A DNA stretch of 64,000 bases from Candidatus Multivoradales bacterium (GCA_965248925.1 CBDFLE010000006.1:4576001-4640000), one strand, 5' to 3'; numbered from the stretch's first letter, positions 8,522-21,817 are shown. Made by a program: numbers and translations. Notes: a model not told the origin generated them from the letters alone.

Positions 8522-11500
8522 TCAAGGGCTCACCAGATCCACCCAATCGCGCATCGCACCCAGGCTACAGCCGAACTTGCGATGACCGTTGCCGAGCCCG
8601 AGCTGCTCGATGATCTGCTCACAGGAGCAGCCGGCAGTGTCTTTGGTAGTGAAGAAGACCTGCCCGCTGCCACCATCTGAGTCGCTATCGGAGTCACCGT
8701 CTGAGTCACTATCCGAGCCACTGTCGGAGTCACCATCTGAATCATCGTCCGAGCCACTATCGGAGTCGCCGTTTGAATCATCGCTTCCGCGGCTGAGGAA
8801 TAGGCCGCGTTGCAGGGTGTCAAAGATGTTGTCGCCATCGATCAGGGCGTAGCGATTGGGTCGTAGGGCAACCGTCGGCACACTTTCCGGGATCACCGTG
8901 TTCGGGCAAACGTCCTCGGCATCGAGCACTCCGTCGCCATCGTTGTCGACATCAGCAGGCTCGGTGATGGTCAGGGTCGCGGTCGCCGGCTCGCTCGCTG
9001 GTAGGCCGGCTTGCAGCAGGTTGCTGGTGATGTTCAGGTAGTCACCGGCCGCCGCTGAGGCAGGCACCTGCAAGTCGACACTGAAGCTGCACGAGCCGCC
9101 CGGTAGCAGGCTACCGCCGCTGAAGGTCAGGAACGAGCTGCCGTCGAGCAGTGAGCTTTCGCCGCAGGTGTCCGTGGCCGGCAGGCCGATCGCCTCGAGG
9201 CCGAGCAGAGCTGCTCCCAGATCGTCCGAGAAAGATAGGGCGAAGACGCTGCTGGTCAGGCTCAGATTCTCGATGTTGAAGGTCAAAGCGACAGTGTCGC
9301 CGGCCTCCGCGGTGCTCGGAGAGAACGACTTGCCGAGAGCCAGGAAGTCGATTCGCAGAGTATCGGTCGCCGCGTTTCCGCGCACCGCCAGACCGCCGAG
9401 ATCGCCGATGGTTTCGCTGGTGGTGCTGACCGCCTCGGTGCCGAGCAGCACTGCGGCAGGCACCGCCAAGGTGACATCGAAGCTACAAGATGCCGCCGCC
9501 GCCAGGCTGCCGCCGGTGAAGCTCAACAGGCTGGTGCCGCTGATCTGCGAGCCGCTACCGCAGATATCCGCCAAGCTGCCGCTGGCACTGACCAGCCCAC
9601 TGAGGGCGGTTTCGAGGTCATCGCTGAAGGAGATCAACGTCACCGAGTCGACCTTGCTCAGGTTGGTGATCGTAAAGCGCAGCGTGACGTTGTCGCCCGG
9701 ACCTACCGGATCGTCGATGAATTCCTTGGCCAAGACCAGGAAGTTGGCGTCGAGGACCAGCTCGTCGGAGGCGTTGGCGAACAGAACTGTGCTGCCCTCG
9801 ATGGTCGCCGAGAAGCCCGCCGTGGTGCTGATGTAGGTATCGGGCTGTGCCTTCGTCGGCACCAGCAGGCCGAGATCAAAAGTGCACGACTCGCCGGTCG
9901 CCAGACTGCCGCCCTGGAAGACCAGCAGCTGTCCACCACTCAAGCCATCTAAGGAAGAGCCCAAGCCGCAGATATCGGCCAGGGGTAGGCCGGATCCGGA
10001 CAGCCCGTCCAATGCGCTGTCGAGATCGTCGCTGAAGAAGATCTTGGTCGCGGCGGAGACCGGGCTGTCATTCTGGATCGTGTAGCGCAAGGTCACCGCG
10101 CCGCCTGGTAGCACCGGATCGTTGAGGAACTCCTTGGACATGCTGAGGCCGGTGATGCTCAGCTCAGCGGTCGCGGGCGGAGTCATGGTGGTCAGGCCGA
10201 GCACCGTCGCCACCACCACGCTGGTGGTATTGGTGTGGGCGCCAGCCGGTGCTGTCGATGGCACCTGCAGAGTGACGTCGAAGCTGCAAATCTCGCCCGC
10301 CGCCAGGGTGCCGCCGGTGAAGCTCAAGGTCATCGTGCCGCTGAGCTGCGAGCCAGCACCACAAACATCAGTGGCCGGCAGGCCGCTAGCCACCAGACCG
10401 CTGAGGGCGGCCTCGAGGTCGTCGGTGAAGTTGACGCTGGAAGCATCCCCTGGGGCGCTCTCGCTGTGCTCGAGGGTGAAGCGCAAGGTCACCGTGCCGC
10501 CCGGGGTTGCCGGGTCGTCGATGAACTCCTTGACCATCTGCGGTGCTCCGACCACCACCAGATCATCGCTGGCGGTGCCGCCGGTGAGCTTGCTGCCGCC
10601 GACCATGGCGGTCACCGTGCTGGTGGTGTTGGTGTAGGTGCCAGCGGCGGCGCCCACCGCGACATCGAGGGTGATCGCAAAGGTGCAGGACTCGCCGGCT
10701 CCGAGACTGGCGTCGGCGATCACCAGCCTGGCAGGAATGGCGTCCGAGCCGGTGGGGTTGATCCGCGGCGTGTAGGTCGCGGTCGAGCCGCTGCCGCAGA
10801 AGCCGGCGGCTGGCACTGCCGAGGCGGTCGGCAGCTCGATCGCGAACTCGTCGACGAAAGAGATCTCGGTGGCAGCGTCGCTGGCGCTGGGGTTGGAGAG
10901 GGTGAACTCCAGGGTCACCGAGCTGCCGGCACCCACTGGATCGTCGACGAAGCTCTTGCTCAGCTGCGGCGCGGCGTCGACGAACAGCAAGTCGGTCGCC
11001 GGGCTGCCGGTGACCGAGCTACCGCCGATGTTGGCGTTGATCGCGCTGGTGGTGTTGGAGAACGTTCCCGAGGGAGCGCTGGCCGGCAGTTGCAGAGCGA
11101 CGCTGAAGGTACAGGTTCCCTCGATCCCGAGGCTGCCGCCGCTCAAGGTGAGCAGACTGCTGCCGGACAGCTGGGAACCACTTCCGCAAGGCTCGGCGAG
11201 CGGCAAGCCAACCGCTACCAGACCGCTGATGACGGCGTCGAGATCGTCGGTGAAAGCGATGTTCGTGGCGTCGCCTCGACGGTCGAGGTTGCGCACCGTG
11301 AATTCGAGGATGACACTGCTTCCCGGGGTGGTCGGGTCGTCGACGAAAGATTTGCCCAGGACGATCTGCTCGATGGCCACGGTCAGCGTCGCGCTGGCCA
11401 TGCCACTAGACCGCGCCGGGCCACCGAACTGGGTAGTCGAGGTCAGCTCGCCGGTGGTGTTGCCGAGCATCCCGACAGCGTTGCCGAGCACGTCGACGCT

Positions 11501-12247
11501 GAGCGTGCAGCTGCTGTTGCCGGCGATCGTGGCACCGTTGAAGAAGGCTGGCGAGTAGGAGATCGTGCTGCCACCCGGTGGGGCAGAGATGGTGCCGCCG
11601 GCGCAGTCGGTCGAAGCGTTGGCCGGGCCGGTAATCACCATGCCGTCCGGCAGGTTGTCGCTGAACGTCAGATTGGCCGCCGGGTCTGGATTGGCGCTGT
11701 TGTCGATGGTCAGAGTCAGGGTGCTACGGCCGCCAAAGAAGACCGTGCTCGGGGCGAAGCTCTTGCTAAAACCGGGGCGGTCGGCAGCGACGGTGAGGTC
11801 GGCGCTCGCGCTGCCGCTGTTGCCGGCATCGGAAGTTAGATCGCCGGTGATATTGGTGTGGGTGCCCACCGTGCTGCTGGTCACGTCGACGCTGATCATG
11901 CAGTTACTCGCTGCACCGACACCGCCGCCGCTGAGGCTGATCGAGGTACCGCCGGCGGTCGCGCTCAGCGTGCCCAGGCAGCTCGAGCTGGCGTTTGCCG
12001 GGTTGGCGATGGTCATCCCGGCGGGTAGGTTGTCGACCACTGCCAGGTTACGCAGGGCCAGGGCACCCGAGTTGCTGATCTCGAGCTGCAATGTGCTGAC
12101 CGCCCCCGGGCCGACAGTGCTCGGGGAGAACGACTTGGAGAGATCTGGCAGCTGGGCTTGTACTCCGGCCGCCAAGACGATGAAGGGTAGGACGAGCAAT
12201 ATCGCGATGTTGAGTCGACGGGACAGCGGCAGCAGGAGAGACTTCAT
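8522..12247 (-). CDS. Large secreted adhesin-like protein with 8 DUF11-like beta-sandwich repeats, a TSP3-like Ca-binding motif and a Ser-Asp tract
   Basis: GAGGT SD before ATG 12247; signal peptide; 8 repeats of about 135 aa starting xxxKSF/KEF; DNDGDGVLDAEDVCP; SD repeat; Cys-containing C-terminal domain. Confidence 0.85.
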   Translation of the reverse strand: MKSLLLPLSRRLNIAILLVLPFIVLAAGVQAQLPDLSKSFSPSTVGPGAVSTLQLEISNSGALALRNLAVVDNLPAGMTIANPANASSSCLGTLSATAGGTSISLSGGGVGAASNCMISVDVTSSTVGTHTNITGDLTSDAGNSGSASADLTVAADRPGFSKSFAPSTVFFGGRSTLTLTIDNSANPDPAANLTFSDNLPDGMVITGPANASTDCAGGTISAPPGGSTISYSPAFFNGATIAGNSSCTLSVDVLGNAVGMLGNTTGELTSTTQFGGPARSSGMASATLTVAIEQIVLGKSFVDDPTTPGSSVILEFTVRNLDRRGDATNIAFTDDLDAVISGLVAVGLPLAEPCGSGSQLSGSSLLTLSGGSLGIEGTCTFSVALQLPASAPSGTFSNTTSAINANIGGSSVTGSPATDLLFVDAAPQLSKSFVDDPVGAGSSVTLEFTLSNPSASDAATEISFVDEFAIELPTASAVPAAGFCGSGSTATYTPRINPTGSDAIPARLVIADASLGAGESCTFAITLDVAVGAAAGTYTNTTSTVTAMVGGSKLTGGTASDDLVVVGAPQMVKEFIDDPATPGGTVTLRFTLEHSESAPGDASSVNFTDDLEAALSGLVASGLPATDVCGAGSQLSGTMTLSFTGGTLAAGEICSFDVTLQVPSTAPAGAHTNTTSVVVATVLGLTTMTPPATAELSITGLSMSKEFLNDPVLPGGAVTLRYTIQNDSPVSAATKIFFSDDLDSALDGLSGSGLPLADICGLGSSLDGLSGGQLLVFQGGSLATGESCTFDLGLLVPTKAQPDTYISTTAGFSATIEGSTVLFANASDELVLDANFLVLAKEFIDDPVGPGDNVTLRFTITNLSKVDSVTLISFSDDLETALSGLVSASGSLADICGSGSQISGTSLLSFTGGSLAAAASCSFDVTLAVPAAVLLGTEAVSTTSETIGDLGGLAVRGNAATDTLRIDFLALGKSFSPSTAEAGDTVALTFNIENLSLTSSVFALSFSDDLGAALLGLEAIGLPATDTCGESSLLDGSSFLTFSGGSLLPGGSCSFSVDLQVPASAAAGDYLNITSNLLQAGLPASEPATATLTITEPADVDNDGDGVLDAEDVCPNTVIPESVPTVALRPNRYALIDGDNIFDTLQRGLFLSRGSDDSNGDSDSGSDDDSDGDSDSGSDSDSDGDSDSDSDGGSGQVFFTTKDTAGCSCEQIIEQLGLGNGHRKFGCSLGAMRDWVDLVSP
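8671..8789 (-). repeat. Low-complexity coding tandem repeat (Ser-Asp-Gly tract)
   Basis: Recurring GAGTCACC(A/G)TCTGA and CCGAGCCACT units encoding SDDSNGDSDSGSDDDSDGDSDSGSDSDSDGDSDSDSDG. Confidence 0.85.
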
Positions 12248-12417
12248 CGATTCAGACCTCGAATACAAACGGATTAAACGAGCACAGGAGGTGTACCTCC
12301 CAAGGCTCAGAGGGATCAGATCTAAGGTAGAACGGAACAAGGCTGGGGGAAAAGATGAAATTGAATGATGTCAAACTAGTCTTGCCAGAGGCTCAGGTCA
12401 ATTGGCAATATTTCTGA

Positions 12418-15483
<3,066 letters not shown>

Positions 15484-15491
<8 letters not shown>

Positions 15492-16266
15492 TCGGTCGCA
15501 ATGGCGCTCGCCTGGGAAGCCGCTGCGCGGCCTGTGGAAGCTGACCTGGCTCGAGATCAAGATCTTTCTGCGCGAGCCGATGGGAGCGTTCGGCACTCTC
15601 GGTATTCCGCTGCTGACTTTCGTCGTGCTCGGCCGAGTGCTAGGCCGCAGCGGCCGGCGGCAGCCGCGTATCGAGAGTCTGCTGCAAGACGATTTGCCGA
15701 TCTTGGTGGTGATTCTGCTGGCGTTGAGTAGTGTTTTGTCGCTGGTCGCAATCATCTCGATCTATCGCGAGAACGGTATTCTCAAGCGCCTGCGGGCGAC
15801 GCCGTTGTCACCGCTCACCATTCTCACCAGTCATGTGATCGTCAAATTGTTGTTGACCGCCCTGACTCTGGGGCTTTTGGCTCTGGTGGGCCGGCGGTTC
15901 TATCCGGGGGAATTGCAAGTCGCCTGGCCGAGTTTCGTGCTGGCCCTGCTGTTGGTTACCGTGAGCATCTTGTCGATCGGATTCGTGATCGCCAGCATCG
16001 TCCCCACAGCACGATTCGCCCGACCGTTGGGGGGTATGCTGCTTTATCCCCAGATCGCGATTTCCGGCCTCTTCCTGCCGCTCGACGCGCTGCCCGCCGG
16101 CTGGCGACTCGTCGCCGAGTTCTCACCACTCGCCCACTCGGTAACCTTGCTTCGAGGCATCTGGACCGGTGGTCGCTGGCTCGACCACATCCCCGAGGTC
16201 GCGGCCTTGGTGATCGGGTTCATGCTATGCACGGCTGTGGCCTCGCGGATCTTCCGTTGGCAGTGA
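15484..16266 (+). CDS. ABC-2 type exporter permease
   Basis: About 6 TM segments, RENGILKRLRATP motif, terminal FRW; overlaps the ATPase gene. Confidence 0.9.
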
Positions 16267-16322
16267 GAGCGGCCGCGATTCGACTCCCACCAGCCTCTTG
16301 CTTGTGCCAAAATGACGCCGCA

Positions 16323-17711
16323 ATGGCGGATATCCCAGATGTCATCGTGATTGACGACGAAACCGGCTCGCGGGAGTCGATGGCGATCGCTATCGAGAAG
16401 GCTGGTTTTGCGGTACGTACTTTTGACGATGCGAGACGGGCTCTCGAATTCCTCGACCAGGCTCCAGGAGTTCGCTTGGCGGTGACCGACTTGCGCATGC
16501 CTGGCATGGACGGTCTTGGTTTTCTCGCCGCGGTGCGGGAGCGCAAGACCGAGCTGGCGGTGATGCTGGTCACGGGTTTTGGTTCGGTCGAATCGGCGGT
16601 GCAGGCAATGCAGGTGGGGGCGGACGACTACCTCACCAAACCGGTCGATCTCTACGAGCTACGCAAGAGAGTTCGCAACCTGCTCGAGAACCGGCAGCTC
16701 AAGGAAGAGGTCTCCAGCTTGCGGGAGCAGCTCGACAAGCGTTTTGGCTTCGAGAGCATTCTCGGCAACTCAGCGGCCATGGAGCATCTCTTCGACAAGA
16801 TGCGGATGGTGGCGCCGACCCGCTCGAGCGTGTTGATCGTCGGCGCTAGTGGTACAGGTAAGGAGTTGGTGGCTAATGCTCTGCACCAAAATAGCCCACG
16901 GGTGGACGAGCGCTTTCTGGCGATCAACTGTGGTGCCATTCCCTCGGACATCCTCGAATCCGAACTCTTCGGCCACGAACGCGGCGCCTTCACCGGTGCG
17001 GTGGCGCGCAAGATCGGTAAGTTCGAGCTGGCCCACAAAGGGACACTTTTTCTCGACGAGATCAGCGAACTTTATCCAGAGTTGCAAGTCAAACTGCTGC
17101 GGGTCTTGGAAGAGCGTCAGGTCATGCGGGTCGGTGGCAGTGAGCTGATCGATGTCGATTTCCGACTGGTGGCGGCGACCAACCGGGATCTAGAACACGA
17201 GGTTGAACAAGGCAGATTTCGCGAGGACTTGTACTACCGCTTGAAGGTCGTCACTCTCGAGATTCCCCCGCTCAGTCAGCGGCGCGAGGACATTCCGCTG
17301 CTAGCGGACCACTTTCTCGGGATCTTCTGTGCCGAGCATGGCAAAGCATTGATCAAGATGTCGCCGGAGGCTTTGGCGGTGCTAGCCCAATTCGCTTGGC
17401 CGGGCAATGTGCGGCAGCTCAAGAACGTTCTCGAGTCGCTGGTGATCTTCCACCCCGGCGGCGATATTCAACCGGACGCGTTGCCGCCGGAAATTCGCGA
17501 GTCGGGCATGGTCTCTGAAGGCCAGGCACCGGTACAGCCTCTGGTGGGTACCCCTAGGAGCATGGACGAGATCGAGCGTCAGGCCATTCTCGAGACCCTG
17601 GAACGGACCAAAGGACACCGCGCCGATGCCGCCAAGATGCTGCAGATCGGCTTGCGCACTCTGCAAAGGAAGCTCAAGGACTATCGTCAGCAGGGCTTCT
17701 ACGAGGACTAG
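16323..17711 (+). CDS. NtrC/AtoC-family sigma54-dependent response regulator
   Basis: Receiver (VIDDE, TDLRMPG, KP), AAA+ (GASGTGKE, GAFTGA, LFLDEI, WPGNVR), Fis HTH. Start moved to ATG 16323. Confidence 0.95.
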   Translation: MADIPDVIVIDDETGSRESMAIAIEKAGFAVRTFDDARRALEFLDQAPGVRLAVTDLRMPGMDGLGFLAAVRERKTELAVMLVTGFGSVESAVQAMQVGADDYLTKPVDLYELRKRVRNLLENRQLKEEVSSLREQLDKRFGFESILGNSAAMEHLFDKMRMVAPTRSSVLIVGASGTGKELVANALHQNSPRVDERFLAINCGAIPSDILESELFGHERGAFTGAVARKIGKFELAHKGTLFLDEISELYPELQVKLLRVLEERQVMRVGGSELIDVDFRLVAATNRDLEHEVEQGRFREDLYYRLKVVTLEIPPLSQRREDIPLLADHFLGIFCAEHGKALIKMSPEALAVLAQFAWPGNVRQLKNVLESLVIFHPGGDIQPDALPPEIRESGMVSEGQAPVQPLVGTPRSMDEIERQAILETLERTKGHRADAAKMLQIGLRTLQRKLKDYRQQGFYED

Positions 17712-17720
17712 GAGAGAGCC

Positions 17721-17936
17721 ATGGACCTACCGGCAGAGATCCTGATTCACAGTGCTCCCCTAGGTTTGAAGGGGGGCAAGGGCCAGTTGGTGCGGGTCAG
17801 CGAGCAAGGATATTACGAGGTCAAGATCGCTTTCGGCCAAAAGACCCACCGAGTGCTGTTGCCGGTCGCGGAGACGGTGATCATCTTTCGCGAGCCGGAA
17901 GCCGAGTGGGAGGCTGGGGTCGAAGTCGAGCGCTGA
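17721..17936 (+). CDS. Small hypothetical protein (SH3/Sm-like beta-rich, 71 aa)
   Basis: AGGAGAG SD, co-directional with the regulator, fills the gap before the convergent pdxJ. Confidence 0.7.
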   Translation: MDLPAEILIHSAPLGLKGGKGQLVRVSEQGYYEVKIAFGQKTHRVLLPVAETVIIFREPEAEWEAGVEVER

Positions 17937-17971
17937 GCAGGGATGCGGCAGCTAGGACTCACCGATTCCGA

Positions 17972-18727
17972 CTAGCTCCGCCGGCTGCCCGCCGTCATCG
18001 CCGCCAGCATTTCTGCGACCGCCTTCGCTAGTCCCACCAGCGCCGCCCGGCTGATCAGCCAGTGGCCGATATTCAGTTCCTCGATCTGTGGAATGGCGGC
18101 GATGTCGCCCACGTTCTTGGTGGTCAGGCCGTGGCCAGCAAAGACCCGAAAGCCGAGTTCGGTGCCAGCTATCGAGATCTGGCGGATCTTGGCGAGCTGC
18201 TGTTCTTGGCTCTGGCCAGTGGCCCGGGTGTAAGCGTCGGTGTTGATCTCGAAACCAGGCACTAGGCCCTGGCCCAGGCTGCTGAGGGCGTCGAGCTGCG
18301 CCGGGTCGGGGTCGAGAAAGACCGAGGTCTCGACGCCGGCGGCGGCTAGTCGGTCGGCGGCGTCGCGCAAATGTGCTTGCTGGGCCACTAGATCGAGACC
18401 ACCTTCGGTAGTGACCTCAGCGGGGTTTTCGGGCACCAAGGTCACCTGCTGGGGGCGTAGCTCGCAAGCCAGACGGAGCATCTCGGCGGTAGCAGCGATT
18501 TCCAGATTGAGCTTGCCACCCACCCTCGGCCGTAAGCGGCGGACATCGTCGTCTTGAATGTGCCGTCGGTCGCCTCTTAAATGAACAGTGATTCCCGAAG
18601 CTCCGGCCTGCTCGGCGATCATCGCGGCCTCGACCGGATCCGGATACGAGGCTTTGCGGGCCTGGCGCAAGGTGGCGACATGGTCGATGTTGACCGACAG
18701 CCGAAGATGGCTGGAGGTGGCTGTCAT
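17972..18727 (-). CDS. pdxJ: Pyridoxine 5'-phosphate synthase
   Basis: LSVNIDHVATLRQAR, GITVHLR, TTEGG, AGHGL, ELNIGH. Confidence 0.97.
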   Translation of the reverse strand: MTATSSHLRLSVNIDHVATLRQARKASYPDPVEAAMIAEQAGASGITVHLRGDRRHIQDDDVRRLRPRVGGKLNLEIAATAEMLRLACELRPQQVTLVPENPAEVTTEGGLDLVAQQAHLRDAADRLAAAGVETSVFLDPDPAQLDALSSLGQGLVPGFEINTDAYTRATGQSQEQQLAKIRQISIAGTELGFRVFAGHGLTTKNVGDIAAIPQIEELNIGHWLISRAALVGLAKAVAEMLAAMTAGSRRS

Positions 18728-18807
18728 TGTGAACCTCTCGGTTTCTGGGGTCAGTGCTAGCTGGACATCTCGAAGTCTTCACAAGCAATTGAAAACAAGA
18801 GAATCTT

Positions 18808-18874
18808 GTAGGGGCGCAAGGCGTGCGCCCAGTGGCACGGTCATCGAAAACGGGCCCGTGCCATGCGCCCCTAC
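18808..18874. repeat. GTAG-family REP doublet (REPIN-like)
   Basis: GTAGGGGCGCA-AGGCG-TGCGCCC ... GGGCCCG-TGCCA-TGCGCCCCTAC: two inverted GTAG-tailed hairpin units between glmM and pdxJ. Confidence 0.75.
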
Positions 18875-18927
18875 GCAATCTTCCGAGGCTATCTTTTTGC
18901 GAGCGAAGCGAGCCATGTTCGGCCGAG

Positions 18928-20295
18928 CTAGCCGAGCTGAACTTCGATGATGGCGGCCAGCTCGGCTGCCATCGACTCGATCTCGCCGCCGTCCGTGCCT
19001 TCGATCATGATTCTTGCCTTCGGTTCGGTGCCGCTGTAACGCAGCAGTAGGCGGCCGCTACCCTGCAAGCTACGCTCGACAGATTGGGTTGCCGCGCTCA
19101 AGCCGGGCACTTGGTCGAAGGGGGGCTTGCGGCTGACCCGCACATTGACCAGCACCTGGGGACAGCGTTCAAAACTCGCCAGTAGATCGCTGGCTTGGCG
19201 GCCGCTTGTAGCCACTATTCGGGCGATTTGCACGGCGCTCAGCAGGCCGTCGCCGGTGGTGGCCAGGTTCAAATCGATCAGGTGCCCCGACTGCTCGCCA
19301 CCGAGCACTAAGTCGCCGCGGCGTAGTGCTTCGACCACATGGCGGTCACCCACATCGCAGCGCTCTAAAGTGATGCCTTGGCGACCGAGCGACAGCTCCA
19401 ATCCCAGATTACTCATCGCGGTTCCGACTACCCGGCGGTGGCGTAGCTCGCCAGCGGCGTCGAGATGCCGCGCCCATAGGTAGAGCATGGCATCGCCGTC
19501 GCGGACTTCGCCGCGATCGTCGACCAGAATGGCGCGGTCGGCGTCGCCGTCAAAGGCAAACCCCAGCTGGCAGCCCTGCTGCTGCACCAGGTCGGCCAGA
19601 GGCTGCGGATGGGTCGAACCGCAGCCGAAGTTGATGTTGCGACCGTCCGGCTGGTCGCCGATCACTCGGGTGTTGGCGCCGAGGCGAGTGAACAGTTCGG
19701 CGGCAAAAGGCGCAGCGGCGCCATGAGCAGCGTCGAGAGCGATGGTCAGACCAGCGAAGGGATTTTCCCCCGGTACGCTGGTGATCAGGTGATCAAGATA
19801 GGCGGCGACGGCCGATTGGTCGACCTCTGGGGTTGGGGGTTCGCCCGCAGCCGGAGTCCTGGCTGAGAGCAGCCGTGTCTCCAGGCTGGCTTCGTCGGCC
19901 TTGGACCATTTGAACCCATCGCCGCTGATCAGCTTGATGCCGTTGTCGGGATGGGGGTTGTGACTGGCCGAGACGGCGATGCCGCAAGCCGCCTTCGTTC
20001 GGCGAGTGGTGTAGGCGACGCAGGGGGTCGGCACGGTGCGCAGGTAGACGAAGCTGGCGCCTCCCTCGCCCAGTCCGGCGGCCAACCAGCGGCAGATAGT
20101 GGGGGTCGAGTCGCGGGTGTCGCCGCCCAAGACCACCCGAGGCGATGGACGCTGGTCGCCCAAGTAGAGCGCCAACTCGCGGCCGAAGGTACGGATCGTC
20201 GGCTCGTCGAGAGGGTGGCGGCCGAAAATGCCTCGCATGCCGTCGGTGCCGAACAAGCGTTGAGTGGCCACGGTCAGAGTCTCGGAGTGCATCAC
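18928..20295 (-). CDS. glmM: Phosphoglucosamine mutase
   Basis: LFGTDG, SASHNP, FDGDADR, GGEQSGH, RYSGTEP. Confidence 0.96.
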   Translation of the reverse strand: MMHSETLTVATQRLFGTDGMRGIFGRHPLDEPTIRTFGRELALYLGDQRPSPRVVLGGDTRDSTPTICRWLAAGLGEGGASFVYLRTVPTPCVAYTTRRTKAACGIAVSASHNPHPDNGIKLISGDGFKWSKADEASLETRLLSARTPAAGEPPTPEVDQSAVAAYLDHLITSVPGENPFAGLTIALDAAHGAAAPFAAELFTRLGANTRVIGDQPDGRNINFGCGSTHPQPLADLVQQQGCQLGFAFDGDADRAILVDDRGEVRDGDAMLYLWARHLDAAGELRHRRVVGTAMSNLGLELSLGRQGITLERCDVGDRHVVEALRRGDLVLGGEQSGHLIDLNLATTGDGLLSAVQIARIVATSGRQASDLLASFERCPQVLVNVRVSRKPPFDQVPGLSAATQSVERSLQGSGRLLLRYSGTEPKARIMIEGTDGGEIESMAAELAAIIEVQLG

Positions 20296-20996
20296 CTTCC
20301 TCCACCGATGTCGGTGCTCGGAGAGTCGATGGCCAGGCTGTCGACGGTAGAACTCAGCTCGGGTTCTTGCAGATCGATGGTGACGGTGACCTGGCTCGGC
20401 TCAAGGATCTGCAATAGCGGATCTGGCGAGACCACGATGGCCTCTTCAGAAAAAGTTAGGGCGTGGCCGTCGAGACTGATCGCTGCGGTCTTCAAGTGGC
20501 CGAGAGATTGGACCAAGGAGGCTGGACCGCGCACGGTGGCGTGGGACGGAGTGACAATCTGTTGGTTGACCAAGGATCCCGCGGCCGGCTCGCCGATCAC
20601 TTCGGCGACGATCAGTAAGCGCGCGTTAACCGTCGCCTCGACCGACAGCGCTAGCCGCTTGGGGATGATCGAGATGATCTCGTAGTCTCCGGGCATGGAG
20701 ATGTTGGCGTTCTCCAGCTGGAGGATAAACGCGCCGAGAGCTTTGTCGTCGAGGTCCACCACGACTTGTACCGAGAATGGACTCTCTTCTCCAATCTCGT
20801 TGGACGGGCCGCGCAACTGGACCTTCACCGTCTCCACCCACTTGACTAGGGTGACATCTTCGGGCAGGTTGTATTGCACGATGACATCGAATTGCCGCAC
20901 CCGCAGTTGCTCGACCTCATGCACCGCCACCTTGATCGCCAAGGCGATCGTGATCGCTACCAGCAGGCTGGGAAGATGTAGACGATGTGTGTTCAC
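20292..20996 (-). CDS. cdaR: YbbR-domain regulator of diadenylate cyclase
   Basis: N-terminal TM plus two YbbR-like repeats (VQLRGP, PSHATVRGP); between cdaA and glmM. Confidence 0.85.
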   Translation of the reverse strand: MNTHRLHLPSLLVAITIALAIKVAVHEVEQLRVRQFDVIVQYNLPEDVTLVKWVETVKVQLRGPSNEIGEESPFSVQVVVDLDDKALGAFILQLENANISMPGDYEIISIIPKRLALSVEATVNARLLIVAEVIGEPAAGSLVNQQIVTPSHATVRGPASLVQSLGHLKTAAISLDGHALTFSEEAIVVSPDPLLQILEPSQVTVTIDLQEPELSSTVDSLAIDSPSTDIGGGR

Positions 20997-21817
20997 CGGG
21001 CTTGGGCTACAGGTTCGCCGCCAGCCGACGGCCGGTGATCGGTGAGTAGATACCGGAACAGCAGATTGCGTAGGTCGCGGGAGGCCAGCGGGCGGTGAAG
21101 CTCGCCATCGACAGTCAGCGAAATGGAACCGGATTCTTCGGAAACTACCACCGCCAGGGCATCAGTTTCCTCGCTGATTCCCAGCGCCGCTCGGTGTCGC
21201 GTCCCGAGTTCGGTCGACAGCGCTGAGTTTCGCGTCAGGGGTAGGAAACAACTGGCCGCGGCGATGCGATCGCCTTGGATGATCACCGCGCCGTCATGGG
21301 TCGGAGTGTCGGGAGTGAAGAGGTTGATCAACAGATCCAGCGACACTTTGGAATCTAGCGCGATACCGTTCTCGATGAAGTTGCGTAAGCCCTCGATGCG
21401 TTCGATAACGATCAACGCTCCGATCTTGCGATCGGCCAGGGTAGTGGCCGCCAAGACGATGTCGTCAAAGGTACTGGCGACTTCATGCCGCTGCTGATGA
21501 AAGCCCAGCAGCGGAGTACGGCCGAACCTGGCCAGCGCCCTGCGGATCTCATGCTGAAAGAGCACGATGATGGCGAACGGCAGGAAGCTGAAGAACTTCT
21601 CCAGCGTAGCTTCCAGAGCGAGCAGACCGAGATAGCCGGCAAGGTAGTAGATCGCCACCAAGCTGACCAACCCGAGCAGTACCTGCACCGCCCGAGTGCC
21701 GCGAATCAGCAGCAGCAGGTTGTAGACCACGAGAGCGACCAGCAGCACGTCGGCGATATCGCGCCAAGACGGGAAGTGCACCAACAGTTGGTCGAAGGTG
21801 GCGGTCGCGTTTTCCAT
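20993..21817 (-). CDS. cdaA: Membrane diadenylate cyclase CdaA/DacA
   Basis: 3 TM, FQHEIRRAL, HDGA and GTRHRAA DAC motifs, VSEE. Confidence 0.96.
   Translation of the reverse strand: MENATATFDQLLVHFPSWRDIADVLLVALVVYNLLLLIRGTRAVQVLLGLVSLVAIYYLAGYLGLLALEATLEKFFSFLPFAIIVLFQHEIRRALARFGRTPLLGFHQQRHEVASTFDDIVLAATTLADRKIGALIVIERIEGLRNFIENGIALDSKVSLDLLINLFTPDTPTHDGAVIIQGDRIAAASCFLPLTRNSALSTELGTRHRAALGISEETDALAVVVSEESGSISLTVDGELHRPLASRDLRNLLFRYLLTDHRPSAGGEPVAQAR

Noticed and set aside
10235-11839. Long antisense ORFs (534 aa here; also 34005..35570, 41398..42438, 61363..62328)
   Set aside because: GC-rich shadows opposite well-supported genes, with no recognisable motifs.
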